A stretch of DNA of 64,000 nucleotides from an uncultured archaeon (lineage in GTDB: Archaea; Asgardarchaeota; Heimdallarchaeia; Heimdallarchaeales; Heimdallarchaeaceae): assembly GCA_964534625.1 (NCBI GenBank), contig CAZHRF010000008.1:1-64000 (forward strand). The letters run 5' to 3'. Under the pieces are notes generated by a model. The model did no database searches, was not told where the DNA came from, and saw nothing but the letters and a program-made list of their open reading frames with translations. Shown here piece after piece: positions 49,267-59,296 of this stretch. The number at the start of each line of letters is the position of its first letter. Position 1 is the first letter of the stretch. A program made the position numbers and the translations under genes.

Positions 49267-50178
49267 ATGATAATGAACAAGCGCCCTGATGGGACATTGG
49301 TTAAGAATATATCAAAATTTCAAGAGTTGGCCTTTCATATAATGCCCGACCGTACAAATTCTAATGCCCTTTTTGATTTAAGCATAGATTTACAACATAC
49401 ATTTGCATATTTAGAAAAATATAATGATAAACCTAAAGGAGAAAGAATTACATTATTTGAAATTATTTTGGCAGCTTTGGGTCGCGCTATGATGTTAAGA
49501 CCAAAAAGTAATAGATTCGTGCAAGGGAGGCGATTATTTCAGCGAAATGAATTATCCATAATGTTTGTTGTGAAAAAACAAAAAACAGAGGAAGGTGAAG
49601 AAATAAATGCTAAAATACTTTTTAGCCCATATGATACCCTCCAAGATGTGTCGATTAGAACAAAAAAGATAGTGAGTGAAGCGAGATCTGGAACAAGCTC
49701 AAATGCAGAAAAAATAGAATTTTTCGGTAGATTACCGCGTTGGATAATTAGAATAATAGCTAAAGTTTTGTTTATAACAAATAAGATTAACTGTCCAATT
49801 TATAGTGTAACAAAAGAAATGCCTATGTTTGCGTCTGTATTTCTTACTCACTTGGGTTCAATAGATTTGGATGCTGTGTATCATCATCTCTATGAGATGG
49901 GTACAACTTCGTTCTTCATCTCAACAGGAAAAGTGCATAAAGCCCCTATTATTGATCAAGAAACAGAGGAAATATTAGTTCATCCTATGATGCAATTACG
50001 GTTAAATATAGATGAACGGGTAGCAGACGGAATTTACTGGGTTCGTACAGTCAAATTGCTTAAAAATTTCATACAGAATCCGAGTTTAATGGAAGAACCA
50101 ATCGATGTAACAGATGAATTGCTTGATAAACTGAAATTAAAATATTTGCCAGAAGATAAACAAATTAGTAAAAGATAA
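49267..50178 (+). CDS. 2-oxoacid dehydrogenase E2 catalytic-domain-only protein
   Basis: RP..NRF, FLTHLGSI, IDERVADG; no lipoyl domain. Confidence 0.8.
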   Translation: MIMNKRPDGTLVKNISKFQELAFHIMPDRTNSNALFDLSIDLQHTFAYLEKYNDKPKGERITLFEIILAALGRAMMLRPKSNRFVQGRRLFQRNELSIMFVVKKQKTEEGEEINAKILFSPYDTLQDVSIRTKKIVSEARSGTSSNAEKIEFFGRLPRWIIRIIAKVLFITNKINCPIYSVTKEMPMFASVFLTHLGSIDLDAVYHHLYEMGTTSFFISTGKVHKAPIIDQETEEILVHPMMQLRLNIDERVADGIYWVRTVKLLKNFIQNPSLMEEPIDVTDELLDKLKLKYLPEDKQISKR

Positions 50179-50233
50179 TTTTATATTATAACACCTATTT
50201 TTATTGTTTTTTGTTTTTTCTCATATACTTTGA

Positions 50234-50248
50234 CAAAGCCTTTTAAAC
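50234..50248 (+). promoter_or_regulatory. Putative BRE/TATA promoter for a leaderless ilvE transcript
   Basis: caaagcc-ttttaaa at -29..-23 from ATG 50270. Confidence 0.45.
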
Positions 50249-50269
50249 ATAAAATTTAGGTATGGGTAT

Positions 50270-51349
50270 ATGAGTTCCAAATATACTATTGATATAAAAC
50301 TATGCCCAGAGGAAAAAAGAAAAGAGAAAGTTCCCGACTCAGAATTAGGGTTTGGGAAAATATTTACTGACCATATGTTTCTTATGCAATACAAAGACGA
50401 ACAATGGCAACCTCCAAAAATAGTCCCCTATCAAGATTTGAGTCTTGATCCTGCTGCATTAGTATTTCATTATGGCCAAGAAATTTTTGAGGGAATGAAG
50501 GCTTTCATTCATGATGATGGAAGTGTTCATCTTTTTAAACCGAAAGAAAACGCAAAAAGATTTCAGTTATCAGCTGAACGGATGTGTATGCCTAAGGTGG
50601 ATAAAGAACTTTTTGTCAAGGCTATTAAAGAACTCATTAAAGTGGAAAAAGATTGGATACCTTCAGCTCCCGGAACAGCATTATACATTCGACCAACAAT
50701 GATTGCTACTGAAGTTGCCTTAGGCGTTCATCCTAGCGACGAATATTATTTTTATATCATCTTAAGTCCAGTCGGACCATACTTTAAATCTGGATTCAAA
50801 CCCACAAAAATTTATGTTGCTTCAGAAAATGTAAGAGCATGTCCAGGTGGAACTGGAGAAGCAAAAACAGGCGGTAATTATGCTGCTACTCTTGCTGAGA
50901 CTCAAAATGCTAAAGAGTTAGGATACTCACAAGTTTTATGGTTGGATGCTATTGAACGAAAATATGTCGAAGAAGTAGGCTCAATGAATATAATGTTTGT
51001 AATCAATGGGGATCTCTACACGCCTCCATTAGATGGTACAATACTAAAAGGCATTACTCGTGCTTCCGTTATTCATTTAGCTAAAGATTTGGGATATAAA
51101 GTCTATGAAGAAAAGATAAATATTAATCAATTGACAAACCAAATAAAGAAAGGAGAATGCACAGAAGCATTTGGGGTAGGAACAGCTGCATCCATTACTC
51201 CCGTTGGAGAATTGTATTACAAAAAAGAACAATATGTACTAAATGATTTGGAAGTAGGACCAGTGACGCAGCATCTGTATGATGAATTGGTTGGATTACA
51301 GAAAGGCAAAAAAGAAGATAAATATAATTGGTTAGATAAAGTGCTCTAA
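50270..51349 (+). CDS. ilvE: Branched-chain amino acid aminotransferase
   Basis: LGFGKIFTDHM, HYGQEIFEGMKAF, LYIRP, AKTGGNYA, EEVGSMN, ILKGITR, GTAA. Confidence 0.96.
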   Translation: MSSKYTIDIKLCPEEKRKEKVPDSELGFGKIFTDHMFLMQYKDEQWQPPKIVPYQDLSLDPAALVFHYGQEIFEGMKAFIHDDGSVHLFKPKENAKRFQLSAERMCMPKVDKELFVKAIKELIKVEKDWIPSAPGTALYIRPTMIATEVALGVHPSDEYYFYIILSPVGPYFKSGFKPTKIYVASENVRACPGGTGEAKTGGNYAATLAETQNAKELGYSQVLWLDAIERKYVEEVGSMNIMFVINGDLYTPPLDGTILKGITRASVIHLAKDLGYKVYEEKININQLTNQIKKGECTEAFGVGTAASITPVGELYYKKEQYVLNDLEVGPVTQHLYDELVGLQKGKKEDKYNWLDKVL

Positions 51350-51436
51350 ACTGCCATTTTATTACTTTTTTTATTCTTCTCATTTTTTAGTATGGATTGA
51401 ATTAACTTTTAATAAATTAATAACAACAGCATTATA

Positions 51437-51745
51437 ATGACTTCTATTAAAGAATTGACTTTGGAAATAGTCAAATTTAGAGATGAAAGGAAATGGAAAA
51501 AATACCATACGCCTAAAAATCTGTCTCTTTCAATAATAATTGAACTTGCTGAACTATTTGAGTTATATCAATGGGAAACAAACAAAGAAATCTCCACCAA
51601 ACTATCTCAGATACGCCCTCAACTTGCAGAAGAGTTGGCTGATGTAACCATTTATCTTTTCTTGTTAGCTCATGAGTTGGGAATAGATTTAGAAACTGCT
51701 ATACCTGAAAAAATTAAAAAAAATGGTAAAAAATATCCTTTGTAG
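51437..51745 (+). CDS. MazG-like nucleotide pyrophosphohydrolase
   Basis: FRDERKWKKYHTPKNL, ELAELFE, EELADV, KKN.KKYP. Confidence 0.92.
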   Translation: MTSIKELTLEIVKFRDERKWKKYHTPKNLSLSIIIELAELFELYQWETNKEISTKLSQIRPQLAEELADVTIYLFLLAHELGIDLETAIPEKIKKNGKKYPL

Positions 51746-51835
51746 TTGAATCGAGGAGAGAGAGAGATTTTCTATCCATTCTAAGGCAAAGAAATGAAAA
51801 AAAGGTATAAAAAGAGGCTAATCTTCTATTCTATT

Positions 51836-52627
51836 TTATGTTATTAATGCACTTAATCTTTTGGCTACAATGAACATTCTTATTCTTCCTTGAGCTAATT
51901 CAACAATTTTACTTTTTTTCAATCCTTGATTTTCGATTAATTTATTTACACTAAATAAAGGCATATGAAAATTAATTTTATTGATCTTTCTGTATAAAGC
52001 TTGCACACCTAATCTCACCAAGTCGATTAAAGCTATGAATATGTTACTTGAAATAAACTCTTCAACAAGTAATATCTGTCCGTGTTTAAGTAACAATTCT
52101 TTACATTTTTTAATTATATTCTTCCTATCTTCTGAATCTTGTTTCTTCAATCCAAAAAAGATGATTATATTGTAATATTTTTCACTCATAGATTGTAATT
52201 CTTCAAGCTTAAATTGTTTAATGTCTAGTGCTCTCAGTATCTCTTCATCTTTTATTTCTGTTCTAGGGCTAATATATGTTGGACTTGTATCTCTTGCTCT
52301 TAAAGGTAGTTCGGTTTCCCTAATTATTTCTTCACAAAAAGAGCCTATATTATCCCCAATTAATAAAGTACTACCTTCTTTGATTAAAGAGAGTATTTTT
52401 TGTTCTACTTCATCTCTGTAAGAATCCAATTGTACTTTTGATTTTACTTTATTTGTAAAATCATTGATGTCTATTTTTCTTGTCTTTTTTTCTTCAGTTT
52501 CAATTTCAGATTCTGTTTCATTTTCCTCTCTCTTTTTAATTTCAGGTACTTTTAGCTCTTTTTCATCTTGCTTTTTTTGTATCTCTAAAATTTCAGGTAA
52601 TTCGGGAAGTTCTTCATCTTCTTTCAT
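51836..52627 (-). CDS. Class I SAM-methyltransferase-like protein with acidic N-terminus
   Basis: LLIGDNIG (degenerate motif I), YYNIIIFFGL, LLKHGQILLVEE; SD GGTGGTGA before ATG 52627. Confidence 0.55.
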   Translation of the reverse strand: MKEDEELPELPEILEIQKKQDEKELKVPEIKKREENETESEIETEEKKTRKIDINDFTNKVKSKVQLDSYRDEVEQKILSLIKEGSTLLIGDNIGSFCEEIIRETELPLRARDTSPTYISPRTEIKDEEILRALDIKQFKLEELQSMSEKYYNIIIFFGLKKQDSEDRKNIIKKCKELLLKHGQILLVEEFISSNIFIALIDLVRLGVQALYRKINKINFHMPLFSVNKLIENQGLKKSKIVELAQGRIRMFIVAKRLSALIT

Positions 52628-52644
52628 CTTTATCACCACCAATG

Positions 52645-53289
52645 TTAAATTTTCTCTTTCCATTCTCTAACTGAATCTAGTAGGTCGCCTTTTAGTTCTA
52701 CATCTTTTTCAGATATCGAATCTAGTTTTTGGCAATATTTTTCAACTTCATAGATTAAACTACCAGTGAGCCCTATCTCTACTAGACTATCTCTGAGTAG
52801 ACAAAGAGAGCTATATATTTCTTCTGCATTGTTTGGATTAATATCAGAATAATTGTTAAGAATAGTTATTAAATCATCAAATTCTTCATGTATGTTAAGA
52901 GCAATTTTGAAATCAGAATGAATACCTTCTTTAATCAATTCACCAATTAATTCTCCAGCTTCTTCCCATGAATGAACTTTTCCTTCATGATAATATATGT
53001 TCGCTAATTTCGCTGCTAATTGTTTTAGACACAATTCAATAAGATCATTGTTCATCTCAGGAATAAGGTGTAATAATCCCATACGTATTAAGATCATATT
53101 CGTATTTGTTTTTGCATAAGTATATTCCGATTCATCTAATTTATTGATATGTCTCAATCGGTCTAATAAGTCATAAAAACTGTTTTGATCAAACTTGAGA
53201 ATATCATCGTAAGTTAAATAAGGTTTGATTTTTTTAACTATCATTTTCCACTTTGGAATATGTCTATTATTTACTTCGGAATTGTTCAT
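52645..53289 (-). CDS. All-helical hypothetical protein (possibly Vps28-like)
   Basis: 214-aa ORF; LLDRL..NKLDESEYTYA and a four-helix C-terminal pattern. Confidence 0.5.
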   Translation of the reverse strand: MNNSEVNNRHIPKWKMIVKKIKPYLTYDDILKFDQNSFYDLLDRLRHINKLDESEYTYAKTNTNMILIRMGLLHLIPEMNNDLIELCLKQLAAKLANIYYHEGKVHSWEEAGELIGELIKEGIHSDFKIALNIHEEFDDLITILNNYSDINPNNAEEIYSSLCLLRDSLVEIGLTGSLIYEVEKYCQKLDSISEKDVELKGDLLDSVREWKEKI

Positions 53290-53351
53290 GTAAAAACTAT
53301 TGAAAGAACCCCTATTAAAAGATACTTGTGATATTAGTTTCGTGTTTCGTT

Positions 53352-54110
53352 CTATTTTTTGTCCTGTTTCTTTTTTACTAATAAGCGAGTTGTTGAACCT
53401 ACTAGAACTGAAAAAATGATTAGAAAAAAATAAGCATTAGTAAGCCCAGGACTTAATTGGTCATTCATAGCTAATGGATAAATATCTTCGGGGTTTGTCC
53501 AGCCATCTATAGAATAAGGTCCGTTACCATCCCAGTCTGACCAGTAATTTCCTTGTTGAAGGGTCTCATTATACCACCTATTATATTCTCCATAATCAAA
53601 TCCTTGAGAAGAACTACCCCCATTGGCAATAAAACGATTGAGATAAATAGTATTGTTAGTACTAGAAACAGACCAAATATAGACCCCGTAATCCTTATTA
53701 TTTTTAATTGTATTTTGGGTCACAATAGATCGAGTGGAACCTGACCATAGCCCAACACCACCCCAAACATTATTTGTTACATTATTGAAAGTCACAATTG
53801 TCATTGAACTAGATCCTATTCCAACCCCAAGTTCATTGTTTGTGACATTATTATCCGTAATTAAAGTATTTGAACTAGACCAAATGTAGATCCCTCTATA
53901 CGTTTCATTAATTGTATTGTTCAACAAATTAATGGTAGAACTAAACCTAACAGATATACCCCAATTTGTATTGTTTTTTACTATATTTTCTTCAATACTG
54001 GATTGAGTACTATATGAGATTCTAATTGCCCCATCGTTTTCTGAAAACGAATTGTGGGTTATACTTACATTAGTACTATGCCAAGTTGAAATTCCCCATC
54101 TATAATTATC
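53352..54110 (-). pseudogene. 5'-truncated NosD-like parallel beta-helix surface protein
   Basis: GI..S....I..N repeats continue in frame upstream of TTG 53927 to a TGA at 54111-54113 with no start or signal peptide; GNYWSDW and a C-terminal TM. Confidence 0.65.
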
Positions 54111-54352
54111 TCATAATTATTTAACCAATTCTTGTAATGGTTAATTGATTGGTTATAGAACCATTTTTTTCTATATTTTTATATCTTTATGCCTCCATTA
54201 AGTTCTTTATGTCACATTTTTTTTCGTCTACATGTCCATACATGTCCTTAGGTCTCTTGCAACTCGCTTTTGTTTATTTTCAAGTATTTGCAAATATTTA
54301 TAAGGGATAGAGTTACTACTATGGTAGTAATAATTAATTTGGTGAAATCAAG

Positions 54353-55762
54353 ATGTCAAGAAAATATTGGAATGGCTTTTCCATTGTTAGTTTGGTGTTC
54401 TTCATTATCACACTTCTGCCATTAGGTATTGTGGGTGGTATAGGTGCAGGTACTGCAGAATATGACATTACACAAGTAAGTTTGGATATAAACGGAACAA
54501 GAGTCATTTACATTAGCGAAGGAGAAACACATTTCATAAATTATGAAGTGTATAGTAATCAAAAAATAGACGTTTACTTGCTGTCTAAAGATCAATTTGC
54601 AGCTTGGAATGAAACAGGAATCCCCACAGCTTATATTAAAAACTATTATGCTGAAGAACAGTTTTTCTTTTTCAATGGAAACAAAGGCTATGGGATAATA
54701 GATCATCCGCACATGGAGGATGAAGGTGATGAAAATGCCACTTATACCACTACTCATGATCAAGGTGGTCCACAATATGTTTTGGCTAATTATCTGGTTC
54801 TAATCAATACTAGTGATAATTCCGTTCAAATGGATTTTGTACATATTGGGATAAATACAGGTTTACTTATTGCCTCTGTTGTTTTAGGGATCATCAATGC
54901 TACCTTTTTAACCTTCTTGATCCTTCATACGCTCTTCTTTATTTTAGCGTCTATATTCGGTTCTGGTTCTAAAAAAGAGGATCAATCTGAATATCAAAAA
55001 TCAAAGGTGTATATGTCGTATAATCAATCTCAAGGGTCTGAAAGAGAAAAAACATATGAAGCAGCTCCAAAACATGAACAAAAGAAAAAGTTTGACACGC
55101 CTGAAGATGTGTCCGTAGTTGTTCAGCAAAAGAAAGGTCAAATTGTTTATGAAAGTTCAGGAAATGTTGTAAAAGCAAAAGAACCTAAAGATTATGGTGA
55201 AATACATCAGCTTAAAGGGAGAATTGAAAAACTTTGGGACTATGCTGGTGTAGCAGAAAAAATATTGATCGGTATTGCCGTTTTCTGGGTTTTAATAGGC
55301 GTAACTACGTTTAACTGGTGGATGTTATTGGCTTTTGCAGCCCCATTGGTACTTATAGCATATATAGTTGGAGCAGTAAGAGAACACAACCGCAATAGAA
55401 TTATCTCACTTATTGAAGGACATGGGGCTATTGATGTACTAACGCTTGAAAAATATATTGAAGCATCCGCAAATAATATTAGAAATCACATTTGGGATAT
55501 AATTAGGCTAGGATTAGCAAATGTTGCCTATGATGTTTCTAATGATGTTGTTTTTATTCCCGGACAAGTATCAGTCAAAACTAGAGAAAAAAAAGAAAAC
55601 TATGAAAAAGGACCACAACATGTGATAGAAGATCAACAACAGCAAAAAACAGAAAAAACAGTAGATGAAAAGATAATTTATTGTCCTTTCTGTGATGCAG
55701 AGAACCCAGCAGATAGCAAATTCTGTATAAAATGTGGAGCCAGCTTACATCCAGCAAAATAA
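54353..55762 (+). CDS. Membrane protein with extracellular beta domain, winged-helix and C-terminal zinc ribbon
   Basis: Signal/TM segments; IISLIE..IWDIIRLG..YDVSNDVV; CPFC..N..SKFCIKCG. Confidence 0.72.
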   Translation: MSRKYWNGFSIVSLVFFIITLLPLGIVGGIGAGTAEYDITQVSLDINGTRVIYISEGETHFINYEVYSNQKIDVYLLSKDQFAAWNETGIPTAYIKNYYAEEQFFFFNGNKGYGIIDHPHMEDEGDENATYTTTHDQGGPQYVLANYLVLINTSDNSVQMDFVHIGINTGLLIASVVLGIINATFLTFLILHTLFFILASIFGSGSKKEDQSEYQKSKVYMSYNQSQGSEREKTYEAAPKHEQKKKFDTPEDVSVVVQQKKGQIVYESSGNVVKAKEPKDYGEIHQLKGRIEKLWDYAGVAEKILIGIAVFWVLIGVTTFNWWMLLAFAAPLVLIAYIVGAVREHNRNRIISLIEGHGAIDVLTLEKYIEASANNIRNHIWDIIRLGLANVAYDVSNDVVFIPGQVSVKTREKKENYEKGPQHVIEDQQQQKTEKTVDEKIIYCPFCDAENPADSKFCIKCGASLHPAK

Positions 55763-55815
55763 TATTCTTCCTTTTTCTATTTTTTTCTTTCCTTTTGAGT
55801 TTTTGTTTTCTTTGT

Positions 55816-55865
55816 CATTCATCCCACCCCTCAAGGAGTGGGTCTTCTGGCTAAGCATAGATAAA
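55816..55865 (-). mobile_element. IS200/IS605 left-end-like hairpin, copy B
   Basis: Minus strand tttat|ctatgcttagccagaagacccactccttgaggggtgggatgaatg. Confidence 0.65.
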
Positions 55866-55924
55866 AATCGAATAGAAAAAATTGAAATAAATTAAAAATA
55901 AGTTTACAAGAGAGATCTTTTGTT

Positions 55925-56635
55925 TTATTGTTCTTTTTTGGTTGATTCTGTCTTACGATCTTTTGGTTCTTTTTCTTGTTTTTTTAGCTCTTTTTCTTGT
56001 TCTTCTGGTTGTTTTTCTTGTTCTTTTGGTTTCTTATCCTTCTTCTTCTTTTTCTTGTCCTTGTGATCAGTTTTTTCCTTTCCAACAATTCCATCAAGAA
56101 TTAGACCTGAACTAGTAATTAAGAATAGAAAAGCCATATAGTAAATAACAGATTCACCTACGTTTTGAGTTTGAGTAATCAAAACAACTAGAGCTAAAGT
56201 AACACAAACAGAGCCATTCATTATATAGATATTTGTTAACCACCGAGGGAACTCTGTATTTGTCCACCCAGCATATACTCGAAATCCTCCAACTACAATC
56301 ATAACCAGCATTATGATGATAGTAATCATAAGGTTGGCAATTCCTGCAAATATCATAGGGAGAATACCTAATACAACCAAAACAATTCCTGCACCAATAA
56401 CTAACATGCGCTTTCTTGGCTTTTCTTTATAATCTTTATTCAGAAAGCCTAAGATGGCAAAGACAATGCCAATAATTATGAGTGATACGGATAACACCCA
56501 CCTCATAATATCAAGTGTTTCTTGAGCATAAATTGTACCGATGACTGCAAGTACAATTAAGACAATACCACTAGCTATTTGTGCAACTCTAATCCATAAA
56601 GCTATTTTATTTGTAGTTTCTTTATTTTCTGACAT
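55925..56635 (-). CDS. HdeD/DUF308-like membrane protein with repetitive charged tail
   Basis: 6 TM in hairpin repeats; KEQEKQP/EEQEKEL/KKQEKEP 7-aa repeats. Confidence 0.72.
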   Translation of the reverse strand: MSENKETTNKIALWIRVAQIASGIVLIVLAVIGTIYAQETLDIMRWVLSVSLIIIGIVFAILGFLNKDYKEKPRKRMLVIGAGIVLVVLGILPMIFAGIANLMITIIIMLVMIVVGGFRVYAGWTNTEFPRWLTNIYIMNGSVCVTLALVVLITQTQNVGESVIYYMAFLFLITSSGLILDGIVGKEKTDHKDKKKKKKDKKPKEQEKQPEEQEKELKKQEKEPKDRKTESTKKEQ

Positions 56636-56678
56636 AAAAGTTAATGGATTTCTATATTAATAAACCTTATGTAGAATC

Positions 56679-56787
56679 TAGTACTTCCGAAATAGTGTTC
56701 TGCTGCTATAATTTCGGTAATCAACTCTGCAAAGATGAGTTCTAAATGAATATAGTCTTTAATATTTACGTTAATTCGGAAGTACTA
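56679..56787 (+). mobile_element. MITE copy 5 (best preserved)
   Basis: Perfect 13-bp TIR TAGTACTTCCGAA/TTCGGAAGTACTA; 5-bp TSD gaatc/gaatc; 109 bp. Confidence 0.88.
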
Positions 56788-56829
56788 GAATCAAGAGTTA
56801 AAAATGATTAAATGTACTGAATAAAAAAC

Positions 56830-56879
56830 ATGAATTACTCCACCCCAAGTGATAGGCATTCTGGCTAGGCAAGGTAAAA
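56830..56879 (-). mobile_element. IS200/IS605-end-like hairpin mini-element, copy C
   Basis: Minus strand tttac|cttgcctagccaGAATgcctatcacttggggtggagtaatTCAT; close match to 2517-2568. Confidence 0.7.
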
Positions 56880-56996
56880 TTTTCTTTAATCGCATTTTCT
56901 AGATCCATAAATTAATGGAGAAAAAACCACCATATTTTAAAAATAACAACCTTAAAAAATAAAAAATACAAGAATGAGGAATTAGATTAAATTAGA

Positions 56997-57272
56997 TTAG
57001 ATACTGATAATAATGTTTTTCACATTAGTTTTGCATATTTTCCTTACGCCATGATTACCAGGCTCATATCTTCCTTTAACGATCCCTACTTTTTCAAGAT
57101 ATTTAATTTGAGCAGATGTGTTAGCTTCAGTTTGCCCGATTTCATCTGCGATTTCGCTAATTGAGAGCTCTTTGTCTGTTAACAATTTGACAATCTTATA
57201 TCTTGTATCAGAACTTAGCGCTTTAGCTAATTTCTTGATTTTTTCCGGTTCACTTATTTTTATATCTTCCAT
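56997..57272 (-). CDS. ArsR-family HTH transcriptional regulator
   Basis: AKALSSDTRYKIVKLL..LSISEIA..TSAQIKYLEKVGIV..G..KIC. Confidence 0.9.
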   Translation of the reverse strand: MEDIKISEPEKIKKLAKALSSDTRYKIVKLLTDKELSISEIADEIGQTEANTSAQIKYLEKVGIVKGRYEPGNHGVRKICKTNVKNIIISI

Positions 57273-57774
57273 TTTGAATCTCTCACCAAATTCGGTAAAT
57301 ATTTTACCTAAATAACAAATAATAATAGTATTATTTATACTTTATTATTTGACTAAATAAAATAACAGACAATACGATACTACTTTCAAACATGCTGTTT
57401 AACTTACAACTCTTTTCTCCAAAAAGGATTTCTAGGTGCATTCTATATGCCTTTTAGTTATAGTTTCTAATCTATTTCTCTAGTATATAGTTAAAACTCG
57501 TTAACGCAATCTGTATATATTACTCATATCCATTTAAATAAAAATAAGAACCCCCAGTTATGTTAATTTTGTAACTTTTTTATTTTCATGTGATCAAAAA
57601 ATCTAACTCGGGGATAGGTGACCGTGTCACCAGCGAGGTTTTACATCTTTTTTAATGTAAATTTGTTAAACTTGACATATAACGAATTAGAGGATAATAT
57701 AGTCTTATTATATGAATCCGCGTTTTTCATTGTTTCACCTTAGAACTTTTATAGTTTTTTTTTCTCAGTATCTT

Positions 57775-59115
57775 ATGAAAAAAGACAATATTATTTTATC
57801 CATGCTTTTTATTATAGCATTATTATCAGTTAATGTTGTTAGCTCACATACTCATGTTGATTTTTACGATGATAGACAAATAATAACCGAACAAAAGTCT
57901 ACTTCAAAAAATGTTATACTCATGATCGCTGATGGACTGGGTTATGAACATGTAAAACTTGCTAGACTGGTTGAATACGGATATACGGCAAATTTGACTA
58001 TGGAAGCCCTTCCTTATTATTGTAATGTTTATACAGAAAATTATTACGGAGAGATAACTGACTCTGCTGCAGCTGCTACTGCTTTAGCTACTGGTGTAAA
58101 AACAAGCGACAGATATTTGGGGTTAGATAAAGATAAGAATGTTGTAAAGAATATTGTAGAGATAGCACATGAACTCAATAAGTCTACAGGTGTCATAGCA
58201 ACAGCCACAATATACCATGCCACACCAGCTGGGTTTATAGCTCATACTGATAGTAGATATAATACAGAAGAAATAATAAAACAGATAGCTGAATCATCAG
58301 TGAATGTTCTTTTAGGAGGAGGTAAAACAGACATTATCATAAACAATTATTATGAACAATTTGAAAATAATTACACAATTGTTGAAAATAGAACAGATCT
58401 TCTTTCAACTACCGAAGAGAATAATTTATTAGGTCTTTTTGCTGGATTTAGTTTACCTCAAGAAAAAGATCGTAATTTTACAACTATACCAAGTTTAGCT
58501 GAGATTACAGAAAAAGCACTTGATATTCTTTCCTTGAATGAGAATGGTTTTTTCTTGATGGTTGAGGGAAGTCAAATAGATTGGGGCGGGCACGATAATG
58601 ATCCTGTATACGTTGCTCTGGAAACTATAGCTTTTGATTATGCAGTAAAAAAAGCATTAGAATATGTGCAAAATAACGATGATACAATACTTATTGTGAC
58701 TTCTGATCATGAAACCGGTGGTCTTCAAGTAAAAAGTAACACTTTAAATGACACCTTACCTGATTCCTTATCGACAGAAGAAGAAAAAAGAGAATTAAGG
58801 CTAGCTAGAGCAAACCAGATATCTGTATCGTGGAGTACTGGCGATCATAGTGATATACCTGTTCCATTATATGCGTATGGAGAACCATTTGATTCCTTAA
58901 ATGAGGGAATCTATATTGAAAATACTGACGTTTTTCATATGATGAATCAGAGTATACAAGGAGAACCTATAGCTGTAACGGAGAAAGAACCACCAGAAAT
59001 AACTGAACCAACTACAACACCTGAAAAAACACATTGGTTTATAGTTTTTTCTTTAATACCGATTTCAGTAGTTGCCATTGGTAAAAAACATAAACACAAA
59101 AAACAGAACCAATAG
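57775..59115 (+). CDS. phoA: Alkaline phosphatase, secreted with C-terminal anchor
   Basis: IADGLG, TDSAAAATALATG, HATPA, EGSQIDWGGH, SDHETGG; signal peptide; Thr/Pro linker then TM. Confidence 0.93.
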   Translation: MKKDNIILSMLFIIALLSVNVVSSHTHVDFYDDRQIITEQKSTSKNVILMIADGLGYEHVKLARLVEYGYTANLTMEALPYYCNVYTENYYGEITDSAAAATALATGVKTSDRYLGLDKDKNVVKNIVEIAHELNKSTGVIATATIYHATPAGFIAHTDSRYNTEEIIKQIAESSVNVLLGGGKTDIIINNYYEQFENNYTIVENRTDLLSTTEENNLLGLFAGFSLPQEKDRNFTTIPSLAEITEKALDILSLNENGFFLMVEGSQIDWGGHDNDPVYVALETIAFDYAVKKALEYVQNNDDTILIVTSDHETGGLQVKSNTLNDTLPDSLSTEEEKRELRLARANQISVSWSTGDHSDIPVPLYAYGEPFDSLNEGIYIENTDVFHMMNQSIQGEPIAVTEKEPPEITEPTTTPEKTHWFIVFSLIPISVVAIGKKHKHKKQNQ

Positions 59116-59296
59116 AGGAATACCAATTATACTATTATGTTCTTCTTTTTTATTTCAGTTTTTAGTCAGTGTTATTGACAAATGTTGTAAGAGGGATAAA
59201 TAGTTAATTTCTCTCCAAACCTTTATAAAATTAATACGAACTATTATTTATATTTAGAGTGAAACAATCCTAATTCAAAAATAAAGAGGTACTAAA

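Noticed and set aside
54111-54113. In-frame TGA as selenocysteine readthrough
   Set aside because: An in-frame TAA lies two codons upstream, and there is no Cys-equivalent context
55816-56879. IS605-type ends around the hdeD-like gene as a cargo element or TnpB omegaRNA locus
   Set aside because: End order and orientation do not enclose the gene as left-right ends; 50 bp is too short for an omegaRNA; no tnpB
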